DNA of 45,311 bases from Vitrella brassicaformis CCMP3155 (Eukaryota; Protista; Chromerida): NCBI GenBank assembly GCA_001179505.1, contig CDMY01000598.1:1-45311 (forward strand), in the 5' to 3' direction. Shown here piece after piece: positions 22,501-33,237 of the stretch. A program made the position numbers and the translations under genes. Position 1 is the stretch's first letter. The number at the start of each line of letters is the position of its first letter. The notes beneath the pieces were generated by a model. That model did not search any database and was not told the DNA's origin. It saw nothing but the letters and a program-made list of their open reading frames with translations.

Positions 22501-22923
22501 GAGTCAGCCAGCAGTCCCGGCAAGCGGAAGCGTGACGACGCTGAGGCTGAGGGCGAGGCAGACGCAGACGACGACGAGGACGGCAGAGAGAGAGCCGCCC
22601 CCAAGAAGCACAAAGCCGACAAGAAGCACAAAGCCGACAAGAATGAGGGGGAGGGGGCTGACGATAATGCGCAGGAGATTCTCAACCTCCTCGAGCAGCA
22701 GACCGCCAACGAGACACGCTCGCCACCCAGCAAGCCACACAAGAAGCGCCAGCGGGCGGACGAGGACAGCAACGTGCCAGCCGGGCTCAATGGGCCGGCA
22801 CGAGCGGACTCCCCACCACGGAAGAAGACGAAGTCGGCACCGGCCGCAGCAGCAGCTGCTGCTGGTGCTGCTGCTGCGCATGATGAGGGAGACGAGAAGA
22901 TGCTCAACGGGGCGGACGAGTGA
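19537..22923 (+). CDS. ApiAP2-type transcription factor with about seven degenerate AP2-like domains
   Basis: Repeated G-I-x-W...R(F/W/Y)EVW...F...A..A...RD blocks, separated by low-complexity linkers; probable in-frame intron ~21889-21963 (gtcagt..gtgcag). Confidence 0.72.
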   Translation: MDELGPADLSAYVEERLQNYELTADNGRDGINWKPGLPGFELDGVRLSNDRDVVTPQPLKLTVLTKIGIDRALEQAAKVRDKVVSLQERIDEGEELSESAVRSVVDKASKKAADRMSSAPPPPPPPLPPASAAAAAAAKPAVVEEPKQVEEKEQDEAAAAAAAAAAVEPTKTKRGRHPKAPLSRSAACAADCLGGLTKDAQGIMWLDGLHRFEVWRLSPDTKQLVCEGIFPAADKTDQAIGIAASDAVVCRDAAFYGIGEPLRGETMHDTAGEASETNGDIDELAEGLCTATKSQLLTAFPRDENMHGTLTIRWDKPKRGKRGFMVLRMAKVQSEQQPPEESTPGAVKKQTKSRMFSPANEGVSGLLEAFDEAVAFYGELHATWAEGKAAAPEKKDQQGDKEAEEEEEGKKEKAKKKPQAEPAAAAAAVVAVVPKKKPEPSSQYQQIVWMPREQRWEVWLLDQQGQAALGGMFPAAQAGEAGDPDKAPDAAVERRDHLRNLLQTTDKEEGDSGEEHQQQGEGDEDLIPMILPDELGDKAHATERATNMIKAILGTGKDGRRGGDHVQVRWSSRGAGFIVVWQGPLPKKPKLHLLEDEKMDEGDEMVNSSQSQGSPADPSAAGKAGPLRDERHFFFPVRDFTHSSLLAALDHALEVRALLLGGETDHRWPQKAVKKEPKEEAGDTSAAPASAPHANKTNPQASKALREASLPSALGNEGGITWIDALGRYEVWVWSRENGARFVDAFPPHARSANGYQAAAALALKCRDKAVGLLDGEMDKSPMQVSHWCMDVDTMRAVPSCRIPRLSVQAQTSAAAAAAAAADQSADRVETMSGAVLQQRGHGVLKAILTLVRRHEASPPASPKSPQAKPQPDEEVAISWDRDQEAVKVWAKKGRHRGSKGFNRIFSYCVLERSLEELETVFTEAFEMRADLRGLDSRDLEFKKKSKGAGEHPEKTPEEGRQRPEVDMADLEAFCARMQEKMDWETAAESASSPGKRKRDDAEAEGEADADDDEDGRERAAPKKHKADKKHKADKNEGEGADDNAQEILNLLEQQTANETRSPPSKPHKKRQRADEDSNVPAGLNGPARADSPPRKKTKSAPAAAAAAAGAAAAHDEGDEKMLNGADE

Positions 22924-23515
22924 ATAAGGGCACCGAGGGAGAGGGGGAGAGGGTTTGCTTGCTTGCCACGCGTGACTGCTGGATGAGTGAGTGAGTCAAA
23001 GAATGAGGGAGCATGGCTCAGACGGTACGGGATGCGTTGGATCGCGATTGCTTGGCTGTGGGTGGGTGGGTGGGTAGCTGCTTGGTTGTGTGTGTTTCGG
23101 TCTGTTCGTTCGTATGTGTTTGTGTCTGCATTCATTCATTCCATGTGGGGTTTAAGGCGTGTGTACGTACCTGGTGGTGACCGATGGGTGGGCTGTGGAC
23201 TGACTGAGAGACAATATCACTCGTTCATTCATTCATTCATTCGTCAGTCAAAGATTCTGTCACTCCATCCACGTGCAGTCAATCACAGTCAGAGTGACTG
23301 ACGTCTTTTCTATGTACACACCGGGAGTGAAAGCGGACACACCTTCCCCGCCCGCTCCTCTACAGCTCATGGACTTCAGTGCACCTTCCCCACTGTGGCA
23401 TCAGCAACTAGCCAGCAGTCGCTGATAGCACAGCAGCCGAGCCGCACATGAAGCCGATGGGTGTTAACGCTTTGTCATCACAACACACATGCTACATGTA
23501 CATAGCGTACGTACA

Positions 23516-25588
23516 TCACTGGCTGTGTCGGCTTTCGTTGCGCAGCAGTGACTTGGACGGGGCGTAGTGGTACAAGGACAGCAGCTGCTGACACTGACAA
23601 GACGACCTGACATACAACAAAAGGACAACAGCACACATACGTCGTGTCAATACCTGCCCGGCGGACGTAATTGTCTGTCTAACCTGCACACGGGGCAGCT
23701 CGGGTTTGAAGAGGCCCTGCATTCACGAACAGGCACAAACAAACACAGCTACAACCCATGACGCCCACCTCTACCCATGCCTCCCCCGGTCACCAGCTGG
23801 CGATGCAGTCCCAGCAGAAGACGTGTCCGCACGCAGTGGCCGTCGGGTCGCGACACACACCCAGGCAAAACAGACACGTCGCCGGCACGATGTCGGGCAC
23901 GTCAGACGGGCCCAGCTTCATCCTCAAAAGGGGAGCCGTGCCGCCCTCCTCACGGCCATCGTCATCTACACAAACACACACTAATCGGTCGATCGGATCA
24001 GGCACCATAAATCATGAAGACGCACCTTTTGCCGCCTCTGCTGCAGCTGCAGCTGCAGCTGCGGCTGCACCTCTCTCGCCCTCTCTCTTGTCGCCATTTC
24101 CCCCCCTCCACTCACACAAGGCCTCGATGCGCGTGGCAAGGGCTGGGTGCATCCGCCTGGCCGCCGCCCACACGCCCTTGCTGCCCCTGTAGAGGCCCAC
24201 CAGGCCCTGTGCGATAAGGATCACACCCAGCAGCACTTGAGGGGTGCGGGGCCGGCGGGCAGATGAGAGGAACAGATAGCGGATGGACACAAACCTGAAA
24301 GAGGAGCGACAACTAGGGAAACAGAGTCTGTCGGCCTCCGGATTGTCTGTGCGTACCGTTTGTCGACATGCAGGAAGTGCCCTCTCAGGAAGAACCAGCC
24401 AAGGTGGAGGCGCCATACATCTGGCAAACGGGCAAGCAACACATCACCACGGAAGGCGTAGACAGTGCTGTCTGGGTTTTGTCTTGTGCGGCGCCGTACT
24501 TGGCAGCACAGCATCGTTGATCTCGGCTAGCAGGTGATGCCACCGCGACAGGCGCCGCCGCCGACGCGTCAACCTGACACACACAGACATCAAGGCCCCA
24601 GGCAGACACCAACGAATGACATGAATGGCGAGGACGGAGATAGGCTGGCGTGCCGTGAATCAATCCCTGCATGCATGCGTGTGTCCCACGGTTTGCGTGT
24701 CAGTCAGGGATAACTGATGATTCTAACCACCTGCCCATCTGCATGGGCGGTCATTAGGTGTCCTAAGAATGTCTCATCACCGCAAACCTCCTCCCTCTGT
24801 CTGGACTCCCTCACTGTCTCTGCCTGCCCCCCCCCCCNNNNNNNNNNNNNNNNNNNNNNNNNNNNNNNNNNNNNNNNNNNNNNNNNNNNNNNNNNNNNNN
24901 NNNNNNNNNNNNNNNNNNNNNNNNNNNNNNNNNNNNNNNNNNNNNNNNNNNNNNNNNNNNNNNNNNNNNNNNNNNNNNNNNNNNNNNNNNNNNNNNNNNN
25001 NNNNNNNNNNNNNNNNNNNNNNNNNNNNNNNNNNNNNNNNNNNNNNNNNNNNNNNNNNNNNNNNNNNNNNNNNNNNNNNNNNNNNNNNNNNNNNNNNNNN
25101 NNNNNNNNNNNNNNNNNNNNNNNNNNNNNNNNNNNNNCCCCCCCCCCCCCCAGTGTCCCTTCCTTACCCAATCATTTTGCCGAGCAGGTACACAGGCACG
25201 AACCGCAGCAACACGCCCACCAGCCGCCGTCGGCTCGACGCAGACTCCTTCGAATCACTGCTGACCTGCACCACACGTGCCCCCCATCCATCCATCAGAT
25301 CCCGGCCATCCAAGTTCTCTCATCTTTGTTTGTCACCTGCATCAGGTCGCAGTATTCCTCCCCCAGTGTGCGCGACGCCATGACGGCCGTCGCAACGAAG
25401 TAGAGCATGTCGCCAACGAGCACCAACTCCCTCTTCCATCGTGACGTCCACCGATAACCCGCAGCGGCCTCAGCCACGGCCAGGAGTCGCTCGCGCAGGA
25501 TGCGGCTGTAGTGTTCGTCTTTCTGGCTTGCCCGGATGATGTCGGCTTGGCCGGCGAAGGGCGCGCCGGAGGAAGATACAGAAGCCAT
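23516..25588 (-). CDS. PEX10: Peroxisomal RING E3 ligase peroxin 10 (interrupted by an assembly gap)
   Basis: N-terminal [28 protein letters not shown]; C-terminal C3HC4 [32 protein letters not shown]|[11 protein letters not shown]. Confidence 0.92.
24838..25137. other. Assembly gap, 300 N, flanked by poly-C, inside PEX10
   Basis: N run in the sequence. Confidence 0.99.
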
Positions 25589-25700
25589 CCGTACGAAGTC
25601 AAGTCAGGACTCATGAAACGACACCGAAATGGGCGGATCTTGAGGAGGCTTTCCAACACTCCGGCACGACAGTGGCTCTGACGATTTTGAGCAGTCTGAG

Positions 25701-25726
25701 TTTGCGAGCCATCATCTTGCGAGCTT
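25701..25726 (+). promoter_or_regulatory. Direct pair TTGCGAGCC / TTGCGAGCTT in the PEX10/XPA divergent promoter
   Basis: tttgcgagcc 25701-25710; tgcgagctt 25718-25726. Confidence 0.55.
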
Positions 25727-25866
25727 GAAACTCAAATGAGGCAGATGCCAGACAGCTGTTGAGGAAATGATGTGTCGGCCCGCAGATGGATAACCTCGGC
25801 TATAGCCTAATTGGTTTCTCAACAACCGCCATCCCACCAGGCCTGTAGCGAGTCGACAGATCCGCA

Positions 25867-27280
25867 ATGACAAACGAAAGCGGCGGCTGCGAACCCAGCT
25901 ATGACTGGTTGCCCTCGTCTGACCCGCATCCATCGCATCAAGACGCCCAGCCCGCAGCAGCGGCAGCAGCAGCCATGCCATCTGCGGCTGCCTTTTCGTC
26001 CTCCCGCCCTCCCCCCATGAAGGTGACTTCGTTGACTCCCCAGCTGCCAAAGTGCCAGCATTGCGGTCTGGACCAGAACCTGGACAAGCCGCTGGCCACG
26101 GTGGGTGTGTATGTGTGCTTCCCGTGCTTCATGAGGCGCAAGGAGTCGGAATATCGGCGGATATCGCAGGTACGTATGGGAAACAAGGGAGGGGGCGATC
26201 TGTTTGTTGGTCGTGGGACTGACTGTGTGCCATGGATGGATGGATGGATGCATGGATGCATGTGAATGCAGGCGAATGCGTGCAAGAAGTTTGGTCTGAC
26301 TGCGGCAGACATCACGTCCAACCAGGAGGGCCTCGCGGTGCTGATCAAGCCCAATCCTCACGGATACGGCAACGAGATGAGGCTCTACTTCGAATTCCAG
26401 GCATGCTAACCCACCAACATCCCCCCCNNNNNNNNNNNNNNNNNNNNNNNNNNNNNNNNNNNNNNNNNNNNNNNNNNNNNNNNNNNNNNNNNNNNNNNNN
26501 NNNNNNNNNNNNNNNNNNNNNNNNNNNNNNNNNNNNNNNNNNNNNNNNNNNNNNNNNNNNNNNNNNNNNNNNNNNNNNNNNNNNNNNNNNNNNNNNNNNN
26601 NNNNNNNNNNNNNNNNNNNNNNNNNNNNNNNNNNNNNNNNNNNNNNNNNNNNNNNNNNNNNNNNNNNNNNNNNNNNNNNNNNNNNNNNNNNNNNNNNNNN
26701 NNNNNNNNNNNNNNNNNNNNNNNNNNNCACACACACACACACGAACCACCCATCTATTCATCCACCTATCATCATTCGCCTGTCCGTCTGCCAGATGCGT
26801 GAGTTGGCTGTCAAGAAGTACGGGAGCGTCGATGCGATGGAGGTGGCTCTCGAGGCCAAGAAGGACAAGCAGATCGCCGCCCTGCAGAGGGATGCCGGTG
26901 CCAAAAGGGGCAGGAAGGCCTCGGCCGAGGGGGCGGGTGAGGGCGGGGAGGGCATTGGTGCCTTGCTGGACAGTATGGGGGTGTCGCAGGAAGACAAGAA
27001 GAGAAAAGCCAAGGCGCCCAAAAAAGGTGTGTGAACAAACACTGAACGGACGGCAGCGAGAGGGAGACTTCATGTCAACATGTCGTGCCCCTTTGGTTGT
27101 GTGTGTGTGAACCCAGGTGCCAAGAAGGCTCGCAAGGCCGACGATAAGCGTTCGGCCGCCCCCCCTGCCCCCCTACACGAGCACAAGTATGGCCCCGACC
27201 TGCCTGTGGAGGGGCAGGAGAACCACTTCTACAAGGAGTGCGTCGAGTGCGGCCACCGTGTGGAATGGGACGAGATTTAG
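25867..27280 (+). CDS. XPA: Nucleotide-excision-repair protein XPA/Rad14
   Basis: Zn finger CQHC..VCFPC; LIKPNPHGYGNEMRLYFEFQ; AVKKYGSVDAME; C-terminal HEHKYG..YKECVECGHRVEWDEI*. Confidence 0.92.
26428..26727. other. Assembly gap, 300 N, inside an XPA intron
   Basis: N run in the sequence. Confidence 0.99.
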
Positions 27281-27706
27281 ATGACAGACAAGACAGGCGC
27301 ACACATAGACGGCCGTCGGGGCCATCTGGTGTGACGGAATGGCCTGTTTCATGTGTGAATTAGGGGCGTCTGTCTGATGGATGAGGGGGAGGGAGGTGCT
27401 TTATTTGTCTGTCTGTCTGTCTGTCTGCCCGTGTGTACTCCCTTGAGGAATCCTTCCTGGTTTGTTTGTGTGCGTGGGCTGGGGTGGGGTACATATTCAT
27501 GATTGGTGTACAGAGAAGAAGGATCAGACCCTCCCTCTATCGCTACCTCTTGTTGGTTGGCATGCTGTCATATTACACACGCATTTCTCTTCTCTCTCTA
27601 AAACACCCATCCATCTGGTCTGCACCTCCCTGCCTGTGCGCCCACCAATAGATGTGCGCATGTGCGCATGGGAAGGTGGCAGGTGGGGTCGATGGGGATG
27701 AGAGAT

Positions 27707-27838
27707 GGTGTCTGACGTGTAGATGAAGAAAGACACATGCCCGTTTTCATATTCAAGAGCATGCATCGTGATCTGTCTGTCCCCCAGGCGAAATGCCACG
27801 AACCGGAAACCGTCGTAGTCACAGAAAACATATCGTTT
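27707..27838 (-). other. Possible exon or relic of a third member of the TTEA-motif orphan family
   Basis: KRYVFCDYDGFRFVAF..HVSFFIYTSDT resembles YRLVILCGDEEGDDFAAYI..ASIKLYTTEA at ~15900-16015; a minus-strand intron-like stretch lies at ~27570-27625. Confidence 0.25.
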
Positions 27839-28651
27839 CGGTTTGCGTCCCCGCCCGCCCGCCCACGCCACCTTCCCATGTGCACATGCGTCGATGAGCA
27901 ACAATATTGGGGGGTGACAAGGAGGAAGGAGACACGAGAAATGGACGCACGCACGCACGACAGCATCACACCTACATCCATCAGTCACATTGGCCCCCCG
28001 CAGAAAACACAGGAAACAAATCTCAGTCAGTGGAGAGGCGGCTCGTCTATTGTGACCACGATAGGCACATTGCCACATCCACCACCGGTGCGTGAATCGA
28101 GCGACCTTGGCCATGTTGACGCAGCCAACGTCCTTCGGATATATCGAGGACGTCAGTTCCATCAACAACAGCCCTGACACTCGACGCAAGCACGGCAGGT
28201 ACCGAATCACGGTCCACAAACCACCCACCAGCAAAGCTCTCGATCACCTCCCCCAGCCCACATACACAGCAATGAAACTTGCAGCTCTTCACGAGTCGCT
28301 GCACTCTCTCACAATTAAGCACGGGCCCGCCAACGACTGACGCTCACGCACTCGATCACTTGTTTACTCCCCTGGGCCTCATACATCCACATAACACACA
28401 CAAATACAGAGCGGCTCTGTACTGTGTGCGAAGGGGCCGTCCCTCTCGCACCCTCAGCGCAACAGCAGAACAGTGAGTGTGGATCGGATCGTTGGCAGCT
28501 TGGATGGATTACAGGCTCTCTCGGTCGGTCAATCGATCGACCCATGGAGACACACAGCCAGCTGGATCGACATCGAACCAAAAATGGCCGCTTCGGTATC
28601 CCCCTTCCCTCTCTCCCTCTGAGTGTCTGTAACTGTGTGTGCGTCTGAAGC

Positions 28652-30296
28652 TCAGAGGTTGATGGTAGTGTAGTGGTGGCCCCCCAGTGAGGGCGGCTTG
28701 ACGCCCGTGACCAGCGGGGGGTTCCTGCTGAGGTCCTGGCCCTTCGGCACTGGCTTGGCCATGCCCTTGTCGATGAACGACTGGCACGTGTCGCGCAATG
28801 TCTCCTCAACGGGGCGCAACTCCACGCCAAGCAGATCCCTCATCCTGAGTGCCATTCCACGCACATCCACATCTCAGTTTCTTTGGACTTTTCGGGTCTG
28901 TTTTCTCAGTGTTCTAATCTTGCTGACTTCGAGTTGTCGAGGAAGGGAGTTGGCTCCTGGTACTGCGGCGGGTCGGGCTTGCCCAGCTCGATGTCGGGGA
29001 ACATCTCCTGCATCTTAGACATCACCCAGGAGGGTGGGACTGACATACACACACGCAACACACACACAGCACAGGACACGGGACTCAGTAAGTGAATCCT
29101 TCCGTGGCTCCCTCACATTTGTGTGCGTGTGAGACGATGATGCGTTCGTTGCTGACGCCGGTCAGCTCCGCAGCCTTGATGTGCGCCACGGCCAGGTCAC
29201 GGTTGTCGATGATCGGGAAATCTATGTCAACAATGCCTGGGGGGAACCACACACACCAACAACGGGCGGGCACTAAGTGTCTGTCTGTACTCCTTCCTGT
29301 GTGTGTGTCGGTCTCTGTATGTGGCACCTCCTTCGAGCATGGCCTTGATGTACATCCATGGCATCTTCCAGCTGCCGTCGGGGCTCGCAGGCAGAGGCGG
29401 GCTCAGCTCGTGCGTCGGACACAGCACCACCATCGGGATCTTGTGCTCCTCCACTGACGCCCACGCCGCCCTCTCAGCACACACCTACACACCAAAGATA
29501 CGCATCACGCTCGTCGCACGACAGACACACCCACCACACACACACACACACACGCTCACCTTGACATAGAGGAAAGGCCGATGGTCCTTGGTGGAGGTGC
29601 TGTTCCAGTCCTCCTCATTGAAGACCGCCCTCCCGCCCCCGGGCACCTCCCCGTCAGCAAAGCCGCAGATGCAGGCGAAGCTGGACGTGATGATGACCTT
29701 CTTGACTTGGCCCTTGTGTTTGGCGACCGAGTCGAACAGGTGTTTGGTGCCGAGTGTGGCCACGTCGGGGCTGTGGTAGGGGTGGTCGCTGGGGAAGGAC
29801 GTGTGGAACACGTATTCGCAGCCCTCAACCACCTTGTCGAAGGCACCTGGTGCAAAGGAGTAATAAGAGAGAGAGAGGGAGAGAGAGAGAGGTGTGTGTG
29901 TGTGTGTGTGGCGGTGGGTGTACCTGGTTCGATGAACTCTGCCTCAAGGAGCTCGAGCTGTCCGTTGAACTGTGTCTGCATCTCAATCAGGTGCTGCGTC
30001 TTGGCCAAGTTCTGGCAGTCCCGAACCGTCGTCCGCACGTGGCATCCTGCACAGCACACCACAGCACAACGCACACATAGACAGACACACACATCAGTCA
30101 CACAAAACACACAGAAGCAGAGCAGAGAGCCAATCACGGCTGCCTTGCCTGTGTGCCCCAGTGGCGGCGCACCTATTTACCCGCCCGCCCGCCCGCCCGC
30201 CCGCCCACCTTTCTCGAGTAGTGTCTTGATGAGCTCTGAGGCGAAAAAGTTGGTGCCCGACGTGACGCACACCGTCTTGCCGTCGATGCACTGCAT
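28652..30296 (-). CDS. NAD-dependent epimerase/dehydratase family protein (cinnamoyl-CoA reductase/DFR-like) with atypical catalytic motifs
   Basis: KTVCVTSGTNFFASELIKTLL, GCHVRTTVRD, GAFDKVVEGCEYVFHT, KKVIITSSFA, FNEEDW, K|VCAERAAW, IIDNRDLAVAHIKAAE. Confidence 0.88.
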
Positions 30297-30387
30297 GGCT
30301 CCCAACGATAATCGACGACAAAGGAGAAATTCTGGTGCTTCGCGCCAGCCGTCGAATTCTTGGAGTTCAGGGTTTAGGGTTAGCATC

Positions 30388-30411
30388 TGCGAGCTTAGCT
30401 CCTAAGCTCGC
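30388..30411. promoter_or_regulatory. Inverted pair GCGAGCTTA-gctcc-TAAGCTCGC in the epimerase/eIF2-gamma divergent promoter
   Basis: tgcgagctta 30388-30397 and taagctcgc 30403-30411. Confidence 0.6.
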
Positions 30412-30581
30412 GTTTTCATGAAGCATTCGTGGAAGCAGCACACACATCAGTTTGATCTTTGCTTGAACAAATCGGAGTTGATCTACGCCGCTTGTTTCTC
30501 GTCGCAATATTCTCTGCTTGACACAGCTGACTGGGCCTGCTGAGTGACTCAGAGGCATCTATCTGTCATCAGACATCAGCC

Positions 30582-33237
30582 ATGTCGCAGGATCACTTGA
30601 TGAAGCAGGTGAGGTCTCGCTGCGTAGGCGTGTGTGTGCAAGAGAATGCGCGTTGGCACACCTGCTCTCTGTGTGTGTGTGTGTGTCAGGACCTGGATGC
30701 CCTGGACGTGGGGCAGCTCAACCCCCTCACGCCAGAGGTCATCAGCAGACAGGCCACCATCAACATTGGTACGCACTCACGCACACACCAGCCATACGCA
30801 CGACAGACATGATGAGTGCACTACTCCCTGTGCGTGTGTGTCTCAGGAACCATCGGCCACGTGGCGCACGGCAAGTCGACCGTGGTGCGGGCGATATCGG
30901 GCATCCAGACGGTGCGGTTCAAGTCGGAGAAGGAGAGAAACATCACCATCAAGCTCGGGTGAGTGAGTGTGTGTTCACAACCGACACGCAGTGGGCAGGG
31001 AGAGGGAGGGGAGGACACCTCACCTGCGTGTGGTGTGTGTATGCTTGTCTGTCTGTCGATCGATAAGGTATGCGAATGCGAAGCTGTACAAGTGCGAGGA
31101 TGACGAGTGCGAAGCACCCCAGGCCTACGTGTCCTTCGGCAGCGACAAAGAAGACACGCCCATAAGTCCCTGCTGCAAGAAGCCTCTCACATTGAAGAGG
31201 TCCTCACCCCACACCCACCCCTCAACACACGCCCGACGGACGGACGGACGGATGGATGGATGTCGTCCTGCAGGCACGTGTCGTTTGTGGACTGCCCCGG
31301 TCACGATATTCTGATGGCGACGATGCTCAACGGCGCTGCGGTCATGGACGCGGCTTTGCTGCTGGTGGCCGGCAACGAGAAGTGTCCGCAGCCGCAGACC
31401 TCTGAGCACCTGGCGGCCGTCGAGATCATGAGACTCAAACACATCATCATCCTGCAGGTAAGATGCGATGCGGCCTGTGCGGTTGAGGCCGGGCGGGCGG
31501 CATGTGTGTGCGTGTTGGTGTGGTTGTTGTTGTGTGTGGTTAGAACAAGGTTGAGTTGATCCAGGAGGCGCAGGCGACTCAGCAGTATGACGACATCAAG
31601 GCGTTCGTCTCGGGCACGGCTGCCGATGCGGCCCCAATCGTCCCGGTGTGTATGCCGCCACACTCTTAATTAACCCAACACAACCCAAAGACCACAGCCA
31701 TTGTCCATCCATCCATCTCTGTGTGTGTGCACGTGTGTGTGCTAACTATAGATATCGGCGGTGTTGAAGTACAACATCGATGCAGTGGTGGAGTACCTGT
31801 GCACCCAGATCCCGGTGCCCGTCAGGGACTTCACCTCCAAGCCACAGATGATCGTCATACGGTCGTTTGACGTCAACAAGGTGAGTGAGCTTCTGGACTG
31901 ACAGAGACACAGACACAGACAGCGGCCGGCTGGTGTCACGCTCATGTGTGTGGTGTGTGAAAACAGCCTGGTGAGGACGTTGAGAACCTCAAGGGCGGGG
32001 TGGCGGGCGGGTCGATCCTCAAGGGAGTTCTGAGGGTAAACAGACACACACACACACACACACATATACACGAACAGACAGCAGCCAGCGCGTGTTGTGC
32101 ATTTTTGCGTCAGGTGGGTGACGAGATAGAGGTGCGTCCGGGCGTGGTCACCAAGGCCGCCGACGGCAAACACACGTGCAAACCCATCAGATCACGGTGC
32201 GTGTGTATGCAGGCCAGGCAGCTGTGCACAACACAAACCACCCAAACACCACACCTATCTCTCTCCGGTGCGTGTGTGTACGCGTGCAGTATCCTCTCCC
32301 TTCACGCCGAGAACAACGACCTGCAGTACGCCGTCCCAGGCGGCCTCATCGGTACATACGTAACCATAGCTAGGCAAGGCAAGCTAGCCACCAAGGCATC
32401 CCTCCCTCCATCCATCCACACACTCTGTGTGTGTGTCAGGTGTGGGCACCCTGATCGACCCCACCTTGACCCGTTCCGACCGTCTGGTGGGTCAGGTGCT
32501 GGGCCACCCCGGCTTCCTCCCCGAAGTCTACATCGAGATCGAGATCACATTCTACCTGCTGCGAAGGCTGCTTGGCGTCAAGACGGAGGGGCAGGAGAAG
32601 GCCGGCAAGGTCAGTGGGGTGGGGGGGTGGGCGGTGGAGTGCTGGGATGAATGAATGAGTGGAAGGGCATGACAAACGAGGGATGTTTCTGCCCTGCCGC
32701 GTGTGTAGTATGCCTGTGTGTCTGTGTGTGTGTGCAGGTATCCAAGTTGAAGAAGGGCGAGTTTCTGATGGTCAACATTGGGTCGACGTCGTCGGGCGGC
32801 AGGGTCACCGGCATCAAGGGGGTGAGTAGGGCAGCGAGCCAGCCACACGCCCATATGCCGATCCTGCCTACCCACCCACAACACACGGCCTGCATGGATG
32901 AGGTGGATGAGTGGTCTTGTGTGTGTGTGTCCATCTGTCTGACATGAATAATGTGTTGCAGGAGTCGGCCAAGGTTGAGTTGACCCAGCCGGTGTGCACA
33001 CAAGTGGGCGACAAGATAGCCCTCAGCAGGAGAGTCGAGAAACACTGGAGGTACGTACCTACATCAGACACACACACGGTGCACATGTAACAGTAGCACA
33101 TGGGCAGCCATCACTGTCTGCCCGTCTGCCTGCCTTCCCGTCTGTCTGTCTGTGTGTGTGTGTGTGTGTGCAGGTTGATTGGCTGGGGTCAGATTATCAA
33201 GGGCCGCACGCTACCGATGCCAGACGAAGAGGGCTGA
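30582..33237 (+). CDS. EIF2S3: Translation initiation factor 2 gamma subunit (about 15 exons)
   Basis: [10 protein letters not shown]|[20 protein letters not shown]|[43 protein letters not shown]|[11 protein letters not shown]|LIGWG. Confidence 0.98.

Noticed and set aside
24665-24680. TGCATGCA/GCATGC (known apicomplexan AP2 motif) as a promoter signal
   Set aside because: It occurs throughout introns and intergenic DNA of the window with no positional bias visible
24704-27110. ORFs containing long X runs (also at 39729-40637 and 43382-44345)
   Set aside because: Artefacts of translating through 300-N gaps
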